In this document: positions 1-11,204 of the stretch, one piece after another
Position numbering within the stretch: the stretch's first letter is position 1
How the letters are laid out: the number at the start of each line of letters is the position of its first letter
DNA from: Klebsormidium nitens
Taxonomy: Eukaryota > Plantae > Klebsormidiophyceae
Direction: 5' to 3'
Assembly (NCBI GenBank): GCA_000708835.1
Contig: DF237188.1
Span: 62,001-126,000, forward strand
DNA length: 64,000 bases
The notes under the pieces: generated by a model
Told to the model about the DNA's origin: nothing
What the model saw: the letters and a program-made list of their open reading frames with translations, nothing else
The model's database searches: none
Position numbers and translations under genes: made by a program

Positions 1-1101
1 AAATCAACCCTAGCCGTCCCCCGGGCACTCTCCTTAGTCAACACGGCCCTTGTTCCATTGGTCAACATGGATTCGAGACCTAGCTTCGATGAGCACAAAG
101 AATTGTGGCAAGGAACCTGGGAATCCACCCAAATTCACCGTTTCTTATCAAATACTATTAACAGTGAGATCTTTTGGATCCACTGACCATCACGTGACAG
201 TCACATGGCGCGACCGCCTATTCGGCTAAAAATGTAGTCCAGTCCAAGGACTAGCTTGTCCTGCTTTATAGCCATCTGATCTCCCCCCACGTGCTTCTAC
301 ATTATGATATTAAGATGTGGACAGCCATCAATGATCCTTCAATGATGATGATGACGGTGGCACCGTCCCGGTAGCCATCACTCAGCACTGCACCCGGACC
401 TCCTTTGGTTGACCATCATGCAGTGACGTGGACGGTCAATGAATGCCTACGTCAAGTTGGAATATTTCTTACGTATCTGCTTGTAGACCTCATGTCACTA
501 ATTGCCAGGCTAGAAACACACAAGCTGCCACCATGTCACCTCCATGCTGTCAACCATTGAGTTGACAAGATTGATCAATCAGGTTATACCTACTTACTCC
601 CAGGCTGTATTCCTGTATGTCAAGAAATGACCAGCTGCTGCACTGGTGGCTGAGACTGTACCTAGCCTTTCTACTAATCAGATCAGTGCGCGCTGGTGAT
701 GGTACTCAAACGGCCCGACCAGTGACAATGGATAATTGCTCTTGCAGCACTACCAACTCCTTCTGCGAAAGTGCTGGGCATAAGCTGTCTCTAGCTAATA
801 GAGGATTTGCTAAGTCTTTCACCTCAGTAGGTTGGAACAGCCTGCTGTAGGTGCGCATACATACATTGGTGGGCGCATTCGTTTGACGAAGTGTCAGCCG
901 GATAATGTGGATTGATTGAGAGTAGAGGCTTGAATGTGCAGCTTTTCGAAAGGCAAGGAGGTAGCGTCAACTCTTGTCACGGACGATGGAAGCTGTCTCA
1001 GCCGCCTTGGATTGCAATCGCTTCAAGCATCCCTAACAATTAAGCTCCATTTCGAACGCTTGAACGATAGGCTATCTTGTGGGCTGTTTTGATACCACGC
1101 C

Positions 1102-2045
1102 ATGGCCACCCGGACTCCACCGAGGTCACCAAAAGCGTCCGCTCTAGTTGAGAAAGTACCACGATCCTTCCAGACGGATAACGCAGAGACCCTGAAAGAG
1201 AAAGACTTTGCAGCAGCAGCATCGTCTTTGCACCGATCGATGACGGCGGTCACGAGAGGCGATCGCACACGGAGCCTAGAATCTGCACTGGGTCGGACTA
1301 ATGGTCACAGCAATCACTAACGGCGGTCACAAACACACGGAGCCCAGAAGTTGCAGCTGGCCCGGCGGCAGCTTTACAGCAACCATCGGCATCGGCCACA
1401 AGAGTTGATCTCGCACAGAGCCCAAAACCTGCAGCAAGGGCAGCTACTTGGCATCAATCATTGACGGTCGACGTCACGAGAAGCCATCACACACGGAGCC
1501 CAGATTTTGCGGCGGAGGCGGCTAGTCCACCTCAATCGCCCACGTCCAGAACAGCTGGCATTCGCAACGCTGCTGGCAAAGCAGAACGTTCCGCAGCGGA
1601 TCCAGATCCACCGGCCGTCGAGGTTCCGGTCCTGTGGCCGGAAGCCACAGTTGTTGCTAAGAAGTGGAAGGAAGCGGAGCAGTCTGGGGACCCAGACAGA
1701 GTTGCAAAGGCGAAAGCTGAGTTTCTTGGAAAGTTGATCATTCCGCTCTTGGAAGAGGATTGAGGAGGCGCGGTGCTGACGGTGAGCTTTCTCTTCGCAC
1801 CTCCTTGCTACGCCTTTTAAAGTGTCACCACAACAAGTTCGAGATGTCTCTGCGAGTTTCAGATGCAGCGCGAAATGCAGAAGTTGGCAGAAGCACTCTG
1901 TCGGTCCTTCCTTCCGAACACGTGCTTAGGCTTCTGCTATCTTCATAATGTCCTGAAAAGGCCTGGTTTTGGGTGCTTAAATCTGAGGAATCACCTCGAC
2001 AAGCTCTTTCCGGGGGACATTGGCGTTTCTTCAGAATTTCTGTAG
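1102..2045 (+). pseudogene. Decayed or frameshifted orphan gene with four ~25-aa tandem repeats and one probable intron
   Basis: The ATG ORF 1102..1320 continues in the -1 frame from about 1301 to 1763. The repeat unit (H/Q)xSxTAVT..TRSPE/D occurs four times. After TGA at 1761-1763 there is a donor ACG|GTGAGC (~1783) and an acceptor TTTCAG|ATG (1863) in phase 0, leading to ORF 1863..2045. No family recognised. Confidence 0.35.
1238..1510 (+). repeat. Degenerate ~68-78 bp tandem repeat, 4 copies, core CACACGGAGCCYAGA
   Basis: The core is at 1266, 1334, 1412 (variant CGCACAGAGCCCAAA) and 1490. Most copies are preceded by (T/A)GACGGCGGTCAC-like sequence. Confidence 0.75.
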
Positions 2046-3727
2046 AGTTTCTTTGTCGAAAACTACTTCAGCTAAACTGAAATAACCAAGGAAAAATGAC
2101 GAACTAGTACGGTACTGCTCACCGAAAGGACCAACGGAATGGTACTGCCCACCGAAAAGGGTTCATCTTACGAATGGTTACGAATCTGCTTTACTTCCGG
2201 AAATGAGTATGCATGAATGACTCAGGTATATACCATATGTAAGTCAAAGAAGCTGAGAGTATGTCTGCTTTTTCCAGGATCTAGACGTCCGTGCCCGTCC
2301 AAAGGCGACTCGTCGGCACCGATGGATTTAGCAAGGTAAAGAGTTACTTAGGGATCTTCTAGATACTGAGTCACCAAGTAAGCTCGCGCAAAGATATGGA
2401 TGTAGATATACCAAAGGTATAATCTTGTCGGGTTGAGCAAGCCGCCATATAACCCTCCAAGCGGGTTGCGAGTTGCTTTCTGTGGGTACAAAGATCATTT
2501 ACAGGATAGCGCTCGCAGCTGCGTGTATATTGCAGCAGCCGTCTGCCGATATCAGAAGAAATCTGCAGCCGACTTTTCCAGAACGAGCAAAATAGGCTCC
2601 CGGAGTCCGGCTGAAGAGCTTCGATTGGACATTTCGACTGAGTGGAAAAGCACTCACTTCAAGTTGTCAGCAAATGTTCTCGCATGAACCGGTTGCAACC
2701 TGTTCTATGATACTCTGTTTAGGTCTCTACCATACACGCTCTGCAGAAACGAGTACATGATCGTCACTAAACTACTGCTTCTGCAGAGTAATGCCTGCAT
2801 CGTTGCCAGTATCTCAACGTCGATTGCCATGCACCTTGAGCCCACGCAGATATACTATTTAGCTATATTACTCCGAAGTTCCATGGATTGCTCAGTGGGC
2901 CAGCCGCCACTTCCAAGTATGACCACAGAAACTTTAAAGTGATGTGTTAGTGTTCTTCAAGGGACTGATCGAAGACATTCCGTTGAGTTGAATGCGTGCG
3001 CAAAACAGGCCGCCCGGATCGATGGAGCATCATGCACTTGAACGATCGTGGAAACTATCGTTCTTCAACTTTGTCATTCGAATACCCACCTACAAGTCAC
3101 AAAGTGTATTCCTGCAATGACTGCAATATAAGTGCGAGCAATTAGAGCTAGGGCCGCCACGCCCGACTCCCACTAAGTCGAGGCCCGACTGATTGGACGT
3201 ACTGTCTCCACTTACATGCTTGAAGCGTGGCGTCGCATGGCACATGCCAAACTCTGTACTCACAGGCTTCGCATGCAAAACCTCATCTTCTATCAGACAG
3301 CTTATTGTCGGAAGGTGAGGAAGAAACCGTTGCGCTATTCTAAGCAAAAGGTCAAATAGATCGCAGTCGAACACTAGATAACACACGGGAAGACGCTTTG
3401 GTTTCAAAGCCTGCGCAGCAATGTCGATTTGGCACCATCACAATTCTTGCAGACAGCAAGAGACACCGGCCCAAATCGGGTATCCTCATGATTCATCAAT
3501 CAATGACGAACAACGGAAGTTCATGAGATACGTTGGCAGATTACAGAACGTTAACGCAGGCGAAGGTGCTCATCAGCTGGTCCTTGTGTCCAATGGAGGA
3601 GTGACTTTGCCATGTCGACCTTGCTTGTGCTTCCTTGAAGCGAACCTGTTCACCACTTATACCACAGACCGGACTAAACTGCTCATTCATGCGAACCTGT
3701 CTGACCTGGGCTACTCGGTACTGTACA

Positions 3728-6700
3728 TCACGGGTCGAACGGAAAGTACTTCGGGTCCCCAGGACTGTCGTACTCAACGTGCAACTGTTGCAGGAAAGAC
3801 AAGTCAGTCGCCCTTCGACAAACACCCTTCTTACATTTGACAAAACAATCCTGCTATCAACAGTCGGATCTGACGAAGACCTTACACAATGCGCTAGACC
3901 AGAGCGGCGTGTGTTCCAGTGCATATCACCTTTCAATTTTTAGGCGACGCCTTCGATTACAGTTTTGCAAGGCGCAGCCAAAGTGCTTACCTTGACATCG
4001 TCTGCGTCTGACCGCCGCTGCGGGAAGACAACTCGCAGGTCGCCGTACAGGTAAAATCGTCGTCGGTCCAAGTAGTCCGGTTCCTATGATTGACAGAGAA
4101 AATGCACCTTCACAACACCACACGCACAGCACCGACCACCAGATTGCATATGCGTCACAGGCAAAGAAGAAAAAAGGATCGAAAGAGGCGTGCATTCATC
4201 ATAACCGACTACGTTACGTAGATGTTCCGAAGCCCCAGCACCAGCACTTCCAGATCAAGTGTGCGGCTTGACAACGGCAGCAGTGGCAGGAGTGCCGATA
4301 GTCTTTCTACTGCCGCCAAGGAGCACGTCGGTTGCAGATCACATACACTCCAAGAGCTCACCTGTTCCGGGCCAGGCTCGCCCCCCTGCTTGATCTCTGT
4401 GTCGTTGTCCTGCTTTGATCTCGGCCAGCTCTTCCGTTGCCGGGCCTTTGCCGGTGCGCACATGAGCCGCATGTGGAGGGCGTACAGCAGCGCGCCGCTG
4501 CCGAACGACGCACCGGGCTCCGCTCCCGAGCTGGCGGGGCCCGACGAGAGGACCTTCTGCCGGAGGAACGTCTGCAGACAGGAAAACACACGCTCAGCGG
4601 ACTTCAGCTTATGTATATGTTTTCAACATTGTCCGACTGGAGAACATAGTTCGTCCCCAGTATGCAGCAGAGCACATGCTGATGGCACATTCTATAGGTT
4701 TGTTACTCGGTTGTTTCTTATACTTCAGCCTTCTTGATGCAAAGTCTGCACATGAGGATGGTTATATCCAATCACGGAAGACACTGCCGAGTGTCCCAGC
4801 ACTTCGAAGAGGTCACCGTACCTTAGTCCCATGCGGCATGTCTTGCAGGTCATAGCTGCAGACGAACGTGTGCACCGGCGTCTGCTCCGGGTTGCTCAGA
4901 ACCTGCGATAGACGAGAAGGGGTGAGAGACAGAAAGCGAAGTCGAGCCTCTGGTCTGGAAGTAAGTCTTTCCTGCTAGCCAGATAGCAAACGACTTTGCT
5001 CGCCCCCTTGTAAGCCAACCGTACTTGAAAGGGGCCCATGCGATTGACGGACAGCTCACTTTCCCCTCCTTTACTACCATGACGGTGACCATGTCGCCGG
5101 TGCAGAAGAGGGCATCACTCGAATGCCCAAAGCCCCGGTACGTATCTTAGGCCTTTAAAAAGTGATGCACTACCAGATGTTCCATTGCTGCCGATGTGCG
5201 AGCGTCACACAACCCCCTCAAGCGCAAAAGCCGTTTGGCTGGATTGTTATCTGCCCTCCAGTGCTCAAAGCTGACAGCTGCCAAGCACCAGTAGAGCGGC
5301 CAACAAAGAGTCCGGTGCTCACCAGCTGCACCTTCCCATTGGGGGGCACCCTCAGCCTGGCGTGGTGGCCATGCCCGGTGTTGTCCTCTGTCCCGGCTGA
5401 GCTGTTCCTGCGCGGACTCGCTTTGCCTGGCGGCACTGCATGGAAGAAGAGTGCGTTTTCAGGTTCAGCGGCGCATCAAAAAGAGCCACTCTTTCCCGTT
5501 CTTAGAAGGGCCACTGTTCAAGTCGGGGCAGGAAAAGTATGTAGGCATGCTTTCCGTTTGCTACCTGCCTTGGGAGACTACTTTCTGAGCGGCTGTGAGT
5601 ATGCGTTGTGCGAAACTGTAAGACCGTCGCCATGGGATACGCACCACGCGGAGCACCAGCTAAAGGACACGCTGATCAAGCACCCTTCACCACCTTCCTC
5701 CTGAACGTGTCTTTCATTTGAAGCGTGACATTTTCAGATGGCCGAAGAAAATATGCACGAGGCACACCAGATGGGAAGTGAATTGTTGCGCAGTAGAGCG
5801 ACGACGTTCCATCCACGCAGACCACTGAGAAGGGCAGCTTCTGGCGCTCGGGCGTCCACTCGCCGCCACTGACACTCAGGAGGGCCTGGAAGCCATCCAG
5901 GCGCTGTACAGCCCAATGGAGTGATGCCACGCGTTAGCTGGATAGCCCCTGACAGAAGTCCTTGGTTAGGGGTACAAGAGACAAGAACTGGACCAGTTTG
6001 AATGTCCGACAGAGGGCTTGAGTTGTTTGAAGCAGCATGGACAAAGCCAGCCAAAGTCAGCCCCGCATCTGAGGGCAGTGGCAGCTCGAACGATTTGCGG
6101 GCTTGCACGGTTTCTGCGCAGTTCTTCACCAAGCATGCTCCAGCACGAGTGGCCAATGCACAAGAGGATCATGCTTACACTAAGAAAAAGACACGATCGT
6201 GATTTTCTGGTTTGACGGCAAAGGCGTTACCTGAAACGCTGGCGCGGCTCTCGTGATTCGGCCAGACAGGAGGGACTCCTCAAACGACCCGACCAGCGAC
6301 CTCTTGAGCGATCCAAGCGATCCGGGCCCTGTATAGACCAACAAATACAACGGTGAGTTCTTCAGCACTGAGCTATCTAGCACAGACAAACCCCTCTCCG
6401 TTAAAACTTCCGTTCAAAATACATCGAGTAGTGAGAAGCTGCATCAGTCGACGCTGGGCTGGTTGACTGGGTCGGGTCGTACTTCCCAGGATGACCCTCC
6501 TACTTTTACGACTATGCAAAGAGGCGCTGGCTTACCAGGAGGTGTGCCCTTAGGAGGAAGCGACACCGCCTGCTCCAGCATGTGCCAGTCGCCCCCTTGT
6601 GGCGGCGTTATACCCCCCCGGAAAAGGTGCGCAGACTCAGCCCCAGCGACACGGTTCCGGAGGGGGCTCCCCTCTACGGGCGACGGGTCTAGGTGTCGAG

Positions 6701-9700
6701 CCACGAGTTTCGAAGGTGAGACGCTCATAACCGGGCCCGGACGGTGCGGGTGTGCGTAGCCTTTCCACGGCGACTGCTCCCAAGGCCGATTCTCAAGCTC
6801 CGAGAATAAGAGCGCTCGTCGAGCGCCAGCGCGGGCATCTATCGGCGCGACCGGGGGCCGGCCAGCCGTCTTCAACGGGAATGTACAAGGCGGAGACACG
6901 TGGTGTGCTTCTCGCATGGAAGGAATGCCACTGCTGACCGTGCGGCTTAGCGACGTGACAGCCGCCAGGAGGGGGCTGCGGGGGCCGAGCGGGGACAGTG
7001 ACATGGCCGCTCGCCGATGCACAGGCGACGCTGTGCTGGAGTAGCGAAAGAGGCTGGCGGGGGGGCTCAGGGGCTCGGGCCGGCCATTTGTGCTGGGCTC
7101 GTCGGAATCGTCCAACGGGACAGGGAGAGTTTCCTCAGTTTGGGGAGGGGGTGCAGGGATGGGGATGGGAATGGCGCGGCTGGCGGGAGGCTTGGGAGAC
7201 ACTGCAAGTGAAATAGGAAGTGCTCAGTAATCGGACTCAATCAGGAAAAGGCCGGCAAATTAAGCTACAGGGATCGTTTCTGCCGCTGGTACACATAATC
7301 GGCGAGATAAGCAGCTGCAAGCGCGTTGAGCACTCCAGTCTTTCCATGTCTGCACGATGAACCCTTGGGCAAGCATTCAGGGGCCCCCGAAGCACAAAGG
7401 AGCGGTTTGAGAGTGTTATGAGATGCCAAGCGTGCATGAAAAGTCCCATAGAATGTTCCAAACGGTTGCATCAAGAAAATTCTCGATGCGTCAAGCTTTT
7501 GCAACAGTCTTTCTGCTTCGACAAGCTGACTGAGAGGATAAAGCAGATACCGGAGCTGGCCAAAGACACTTGACCTAAAATCTGAGGAATCAACGTTCTT
7601 GGTAGAATGACCAACCAGAAGTTCGCTTCTTCCTCTGCGAAGGGGAGCGCCGCAGAGATTGGGGAGCCGGAGATGGAGAAGAGCTGCAAGAACGACAGGC
7701 AAGGATTTCAATTGCGGGATATCTTGCGCCGTGTATGTTGGTAAAGACATTGGCAATATGAAGGCAATCAGAAAGACCCTAAATCAAGATACTTGTTCGA
7801 AAAATTGCAGGATAGATTTCGCAAATGTGAGAAAGCTTCAATCATTGAATAGTAGGAACCAAAACAGAAATAGGCTTGTCACTTCTTCTTCCAAGGCTCT
7901 AGCTCTGACAAGTCGCCAGGACTGCTTGAAAGTACAGCAACGAAGCATATGCAAGCTCCTCTAAAAGGGACTTCCGACACCAGAGCCTACATATGATCCA
8001 CAGAAAGCAAAGAGATATTTGTACCTCTCAGACTCCTCCTGAGAAGTGCTGTCGTTGTCTAGGTTCAGGTCGTCTGATCCAGCACCGTCAAGGTCGATCA
8101 CGGGAATAGACTGCCAGTCCGTCAGCATCCTCTGCAGGGGCGACAGAGGGTTCCGTTCCCCAACCACTGGTCTCCCCTCCTCGGCGAAACCCTTTCTTTC
8201 CGGTCTGCTCTCGTGCCTCTTGCTGTTCTCGTCACCAAAGGGGCTACTAGGCAAGCTGCCTTTCACTGGACGGCTAGTCGCACTTTGCAGGGGGCCAGTA
8301 CTTGGCAGCTTCGGCTGACCCAAGGAGAATGATGATGCGGCCGGGTGGTGCCTACAATTGGACAGGTCTACCGTCTGCTTCTCAGCCACTGGAGAGGGGC
8401 GCTCAGAAGTCTTGAAGCCGATAACTACAGAAGACGGCCGGGGGGTGCTTGATTGCAGGGCGGGTTCAGCTGGCTTCTGAAAGGAAGTTGCCCGCGGAAC
8501 TCCTGTGCCTCTGCGTGCACTGCTGTCCATGTTGGTGCCCTGGCTGATGGATGAAGCCTCTGGTGCGGCCGCTACCTTGGCTGCAGGACTGCTCTTGGGA
8601 ACGGTCGACATGGATTCAACAGAGACAAGTAGGACGCCACAGGCTAGGGAGACGGGAGCAAAAGTGAACTCATTCGGTTGCCCTGCATGAGAAAATGCCA
8701 GGATTATAATTGCATCATAGGCCACTATTGAAACATGAGCGGACACCAAAAATGGCTTATTCAAGTATCAACAACATTGTCGACAAAGTTGTTTGCAGTG
8801 GAAGCACAGAAGGGAGGTTTATTTTGTTTCACAAAAGTCATACACTGCAAACATGCAATACATGGAGAGCGCAAAGAAACAAAGTTGCAGTTCCACTTAA
8901 TGGTTTGAAAGAGGCAATTGCTGCTAGAAGGAGGTTCTGAAAGGGTGAGGAAAGAGTTACTTGCCAGGGAATGCTCGAAGGAAGGAAGTCTTCGGTCCAT
9001 GGTATGCCTGGTACAGCAGGTTGCCTGTCTCAGACCGCTCTTTGCGGCCCCACATCCTTCCAGGAGCAGGCAGCAGCCGAACGCAGCTGTAAACAGACCG
9101 CAACAGACACGCCACCCCAAGGCTTTCCTGGCTGGCAGCCAGAACGCCTTCGCTGTCAGAATCTTCAGCAGCCAGGAATGCTGCCCCTTCAACTGTGCGC
9201 TCACGTAAACAGCATTCGTCTGGGCGCATGTGGCGGTGGTGCAATTCGGCGTTTGTCTGCGGCAGCTCTTGTATCAGTCCAACTTGACTCCCGCACGATG
9301 AAACTTCCTCTCTTGCGATGTTCTCTTCTCGGCCACTGTGGCCGACGCTACTTTCAGAAGGGGACGGTTGAAAGGAAACCCTCCATCTCTCCAGAAGCAA
9401 CTTCACTCCTGGTTTCTCATCTTCCTGCTCTTTGTAGAAATCCAGATGAACCATTTGCTTGATTGCTCGTGTGGCTGACACTGCCTCCTTCAGCAAAGGC
9501 TCGAGTCCCTGCTGGAGGCTGTTGTAACAGTCAATCTCAAGAAGACACTGCAACCAAGTGGGAGAAAGTCATCAGGATTGCAACCAATGCCATCGTCGGT
9601 CAACCGAGGATTAGGCTAGCCAATGCGCTTGATTGTGTGGGTTTCCATTCACATTGCATTTTCCAGAACAATCATGCTGGACAATAGGCTAACATCTGGC

Positions 9701-9979
9701 TAAAGCAATGCCTCAGCTGGACGAGAATGTTCGATTTCCACTGCACATCGAATCAACCATCACACAACAATGTGTAAGGTATGATGCAAATCTGATGCTC
9801 AAAGTGGTCAAACATGTACGTACCGTCTTGCTTGTGCAACTTGTTTCATGAGTTGGAACAAAGTGCAGCCTACTCTGGATAATCTGCATAAAAAGGTAAA
9901 ACGCACTGTCAAGCAAAAATGCCTTGATGCTGTTCAAGAAATCCAAGTCTAGGGCTCTGCACGCCTTCTCTTGACTCAT
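3728..9979 (-). CDS. Atos/FAM214-family protein (DUF4210 + Chromosome_seg C-terminus) with an N-terminal ATG13-like HORMA domain; about 969 aa, 12 exons
   Basis: Exons (- strand): 9979-9824, 9547-8965, 8682-8025, 7683-7616, 7201-6536, 6328-6231, 5903-5768, 5426-5323, 4902-4822, 4571-4362, 4083-3991, 3784-3728. They total 2,910 nt and stay in frame. DUF4210/Chromosome_seg motifs: [110 protein letters not shown]-like motifs: [47 protein letters not shown]. The true 5' start is uncertain. Confidence 0.88.
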
Positions 9980-10118
9980 TCCGCTGCCTCTGCCTTAGCT
10001 TGCACGTGCAACTATTGCAGGGGCCTTTCGTAAAGTACTTCTCACAGCATTGCAGGTCTTTGCCCATCGATTTACATCAAGCAGTATTTAGACAAGCACA
10101 ACAAGTCCTCAGCATTCC

Positions 10119-10451
10119 TTAAAGTTTTATACACTGCTTCTTGAAACAAGGATGTCTCACCACTTGAAACAGCTTGCTCAAGACTTCGTGCAATGGCTCC
10201 TTGGTCTCATTGTGCCCAACGGAGCGGTGGCTCAGTGCAGTGTCCTTCAGCAGTCCGTACGTGCAGGGGCCTCTTTCTTTCCTCAACAAGGTTTCGCTGG
10301 AAGAGATTTTGGACGCAGGACCTTTTGCTTGCTTGTCTGACCATGTACTCTTATGAATCTCTCGCTGTCTGAGCTTGAGCTGCTGAATAACAACCTGTTC
10401 GCTGTCATCCTCCTCCTCAACATCGTTTGGACCTATTATCGAGCCCGCCAT
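10119..10451 (-). CDS. ATG-initiated upstream ORF, or first exon of the Atos/HORMA gene (110 aa unspliced; 97 codons up to a donor at 10161)
   Basis: caaATGG context, acidic/coiled start (EEEDDSEQVVIQQLKLRQ) and donor GTG|GTGAGA. I found no strong in-frame acceptor into the 9979 ORF. Confidence 0.35.
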   Translation of the reverse strand: MAGSIIGPNDVEEEDDSEQVVIQQLKLRQREIHKSTWSDKQAKGPASKISSSETLLRKERGPCTYGLLKDTALSHRSVGHNETKEPLHEVLSKLFQVVRHPCFKKQCIKL

Positions 10452-10862
10452 TTGACCGACCTGATTGTTCTACATCAAATCATGCTCAAGGATGAAGATG
10501 GGCAGGCAGGAAGTCGTGACTCGCAAACAAGAGTGAGCCTAACGGTATGAGTGACCATATCTGCGTTCCTTTCACCATTTCCTCCACAATCGAGCAGGAC
10601 ACAAGGACATTCCCCCATAGGGTGGAGACCAGGATGGAAGCCTCAAGGCTCGAACCACCTGCCTGCTCCCGGTGACGACCACCATGCGGGCGACCACCTT
10701 GCGGGCCCCGCGACTTATGACCCCTGCTTTCACTGTCAGTGTCAGCGTGCTGTGTACATGCAATAGGTAATCAATTGCGTGTTCAAGTGCTCCGCTCAGG
10801 TTCGTCTGAGCTGGCCACCGTTTTACCCCTCCCCCCCTCCTCGACTCCGAGCCGGGTCAGCT

Positions 10863-10880
10863 CGATCTCGATCGAGATCG
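10863..10880. repeat. Perfect 18-bp palindrome CGATCTCGATCGAGATCG in the divergent Atos/PsbP intergenic region
   Basis: Read directly from the sequence; it equals its own reverse complement. Confidence 0.9.
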
Positions 10881-11101
10881 CCGTCGGCGTGCATACGCAT
10901 GAGGAAATACCGACATAGGTATTCAACATTTGTTAGATAGCCTATAGGTACCTAGCTCTTCCTTAAACCTGGTCCAGACTTGGATCCAGACGCCAGGAAC
11001 TAAAACTTTCTCAGGTCAAAATCACATTCTAGCTAATAATATTGCAAATATTTTGTCATAATAGATCAAGGCCTTCATAATAATTCCATCATTTTCTCGA
11101 A

Positions 11102-11204
11102 GATAAGTGGGCACCATGCAGATAAGTGAATGCAAATCATTGATTTGGGGGGGGTGCCCGTCACAACCAGCCATGACCTCTATGGAGAGAGATGAACACG
11201 TGGC
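11102..11204 (+). promoter_or_regulatory. Two I-box-like GATAAG motifs and a G-box (ACACGTGGC) upstream of PsbP
   Basis: GATAAG at 11102 and 11121 (both within AGATAAGTG) and CACGTG at 11197, about 730-830 bp before the PsbP ATG. Function is inferred only from land-plant light-responsive promoters. Confidence 0.3.

Noticed and set aside
1084-1096. tRNA-iMet primer-binding-site-like TGGTATCAAAAC on the - strand
   Set aside because: It has two mismatches to TGGTATCAGAGC, no adjacent LTR-ending CA, and no gag/pol motifs nearby.
1238-1510. CRISPR-like repeat-spacer array
   Set aside because: The repeats are degenerate, the spacers resemble each other, the unit preserves a peptide repeat, the context is eukaryotic and there are no cas genes.
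7961-9979. A stand-alone ATG13 gene
   Set aside because: The exons splice in frame into the DUF4210 exons, and the WFNL motif of canonical ATG13 is absent.
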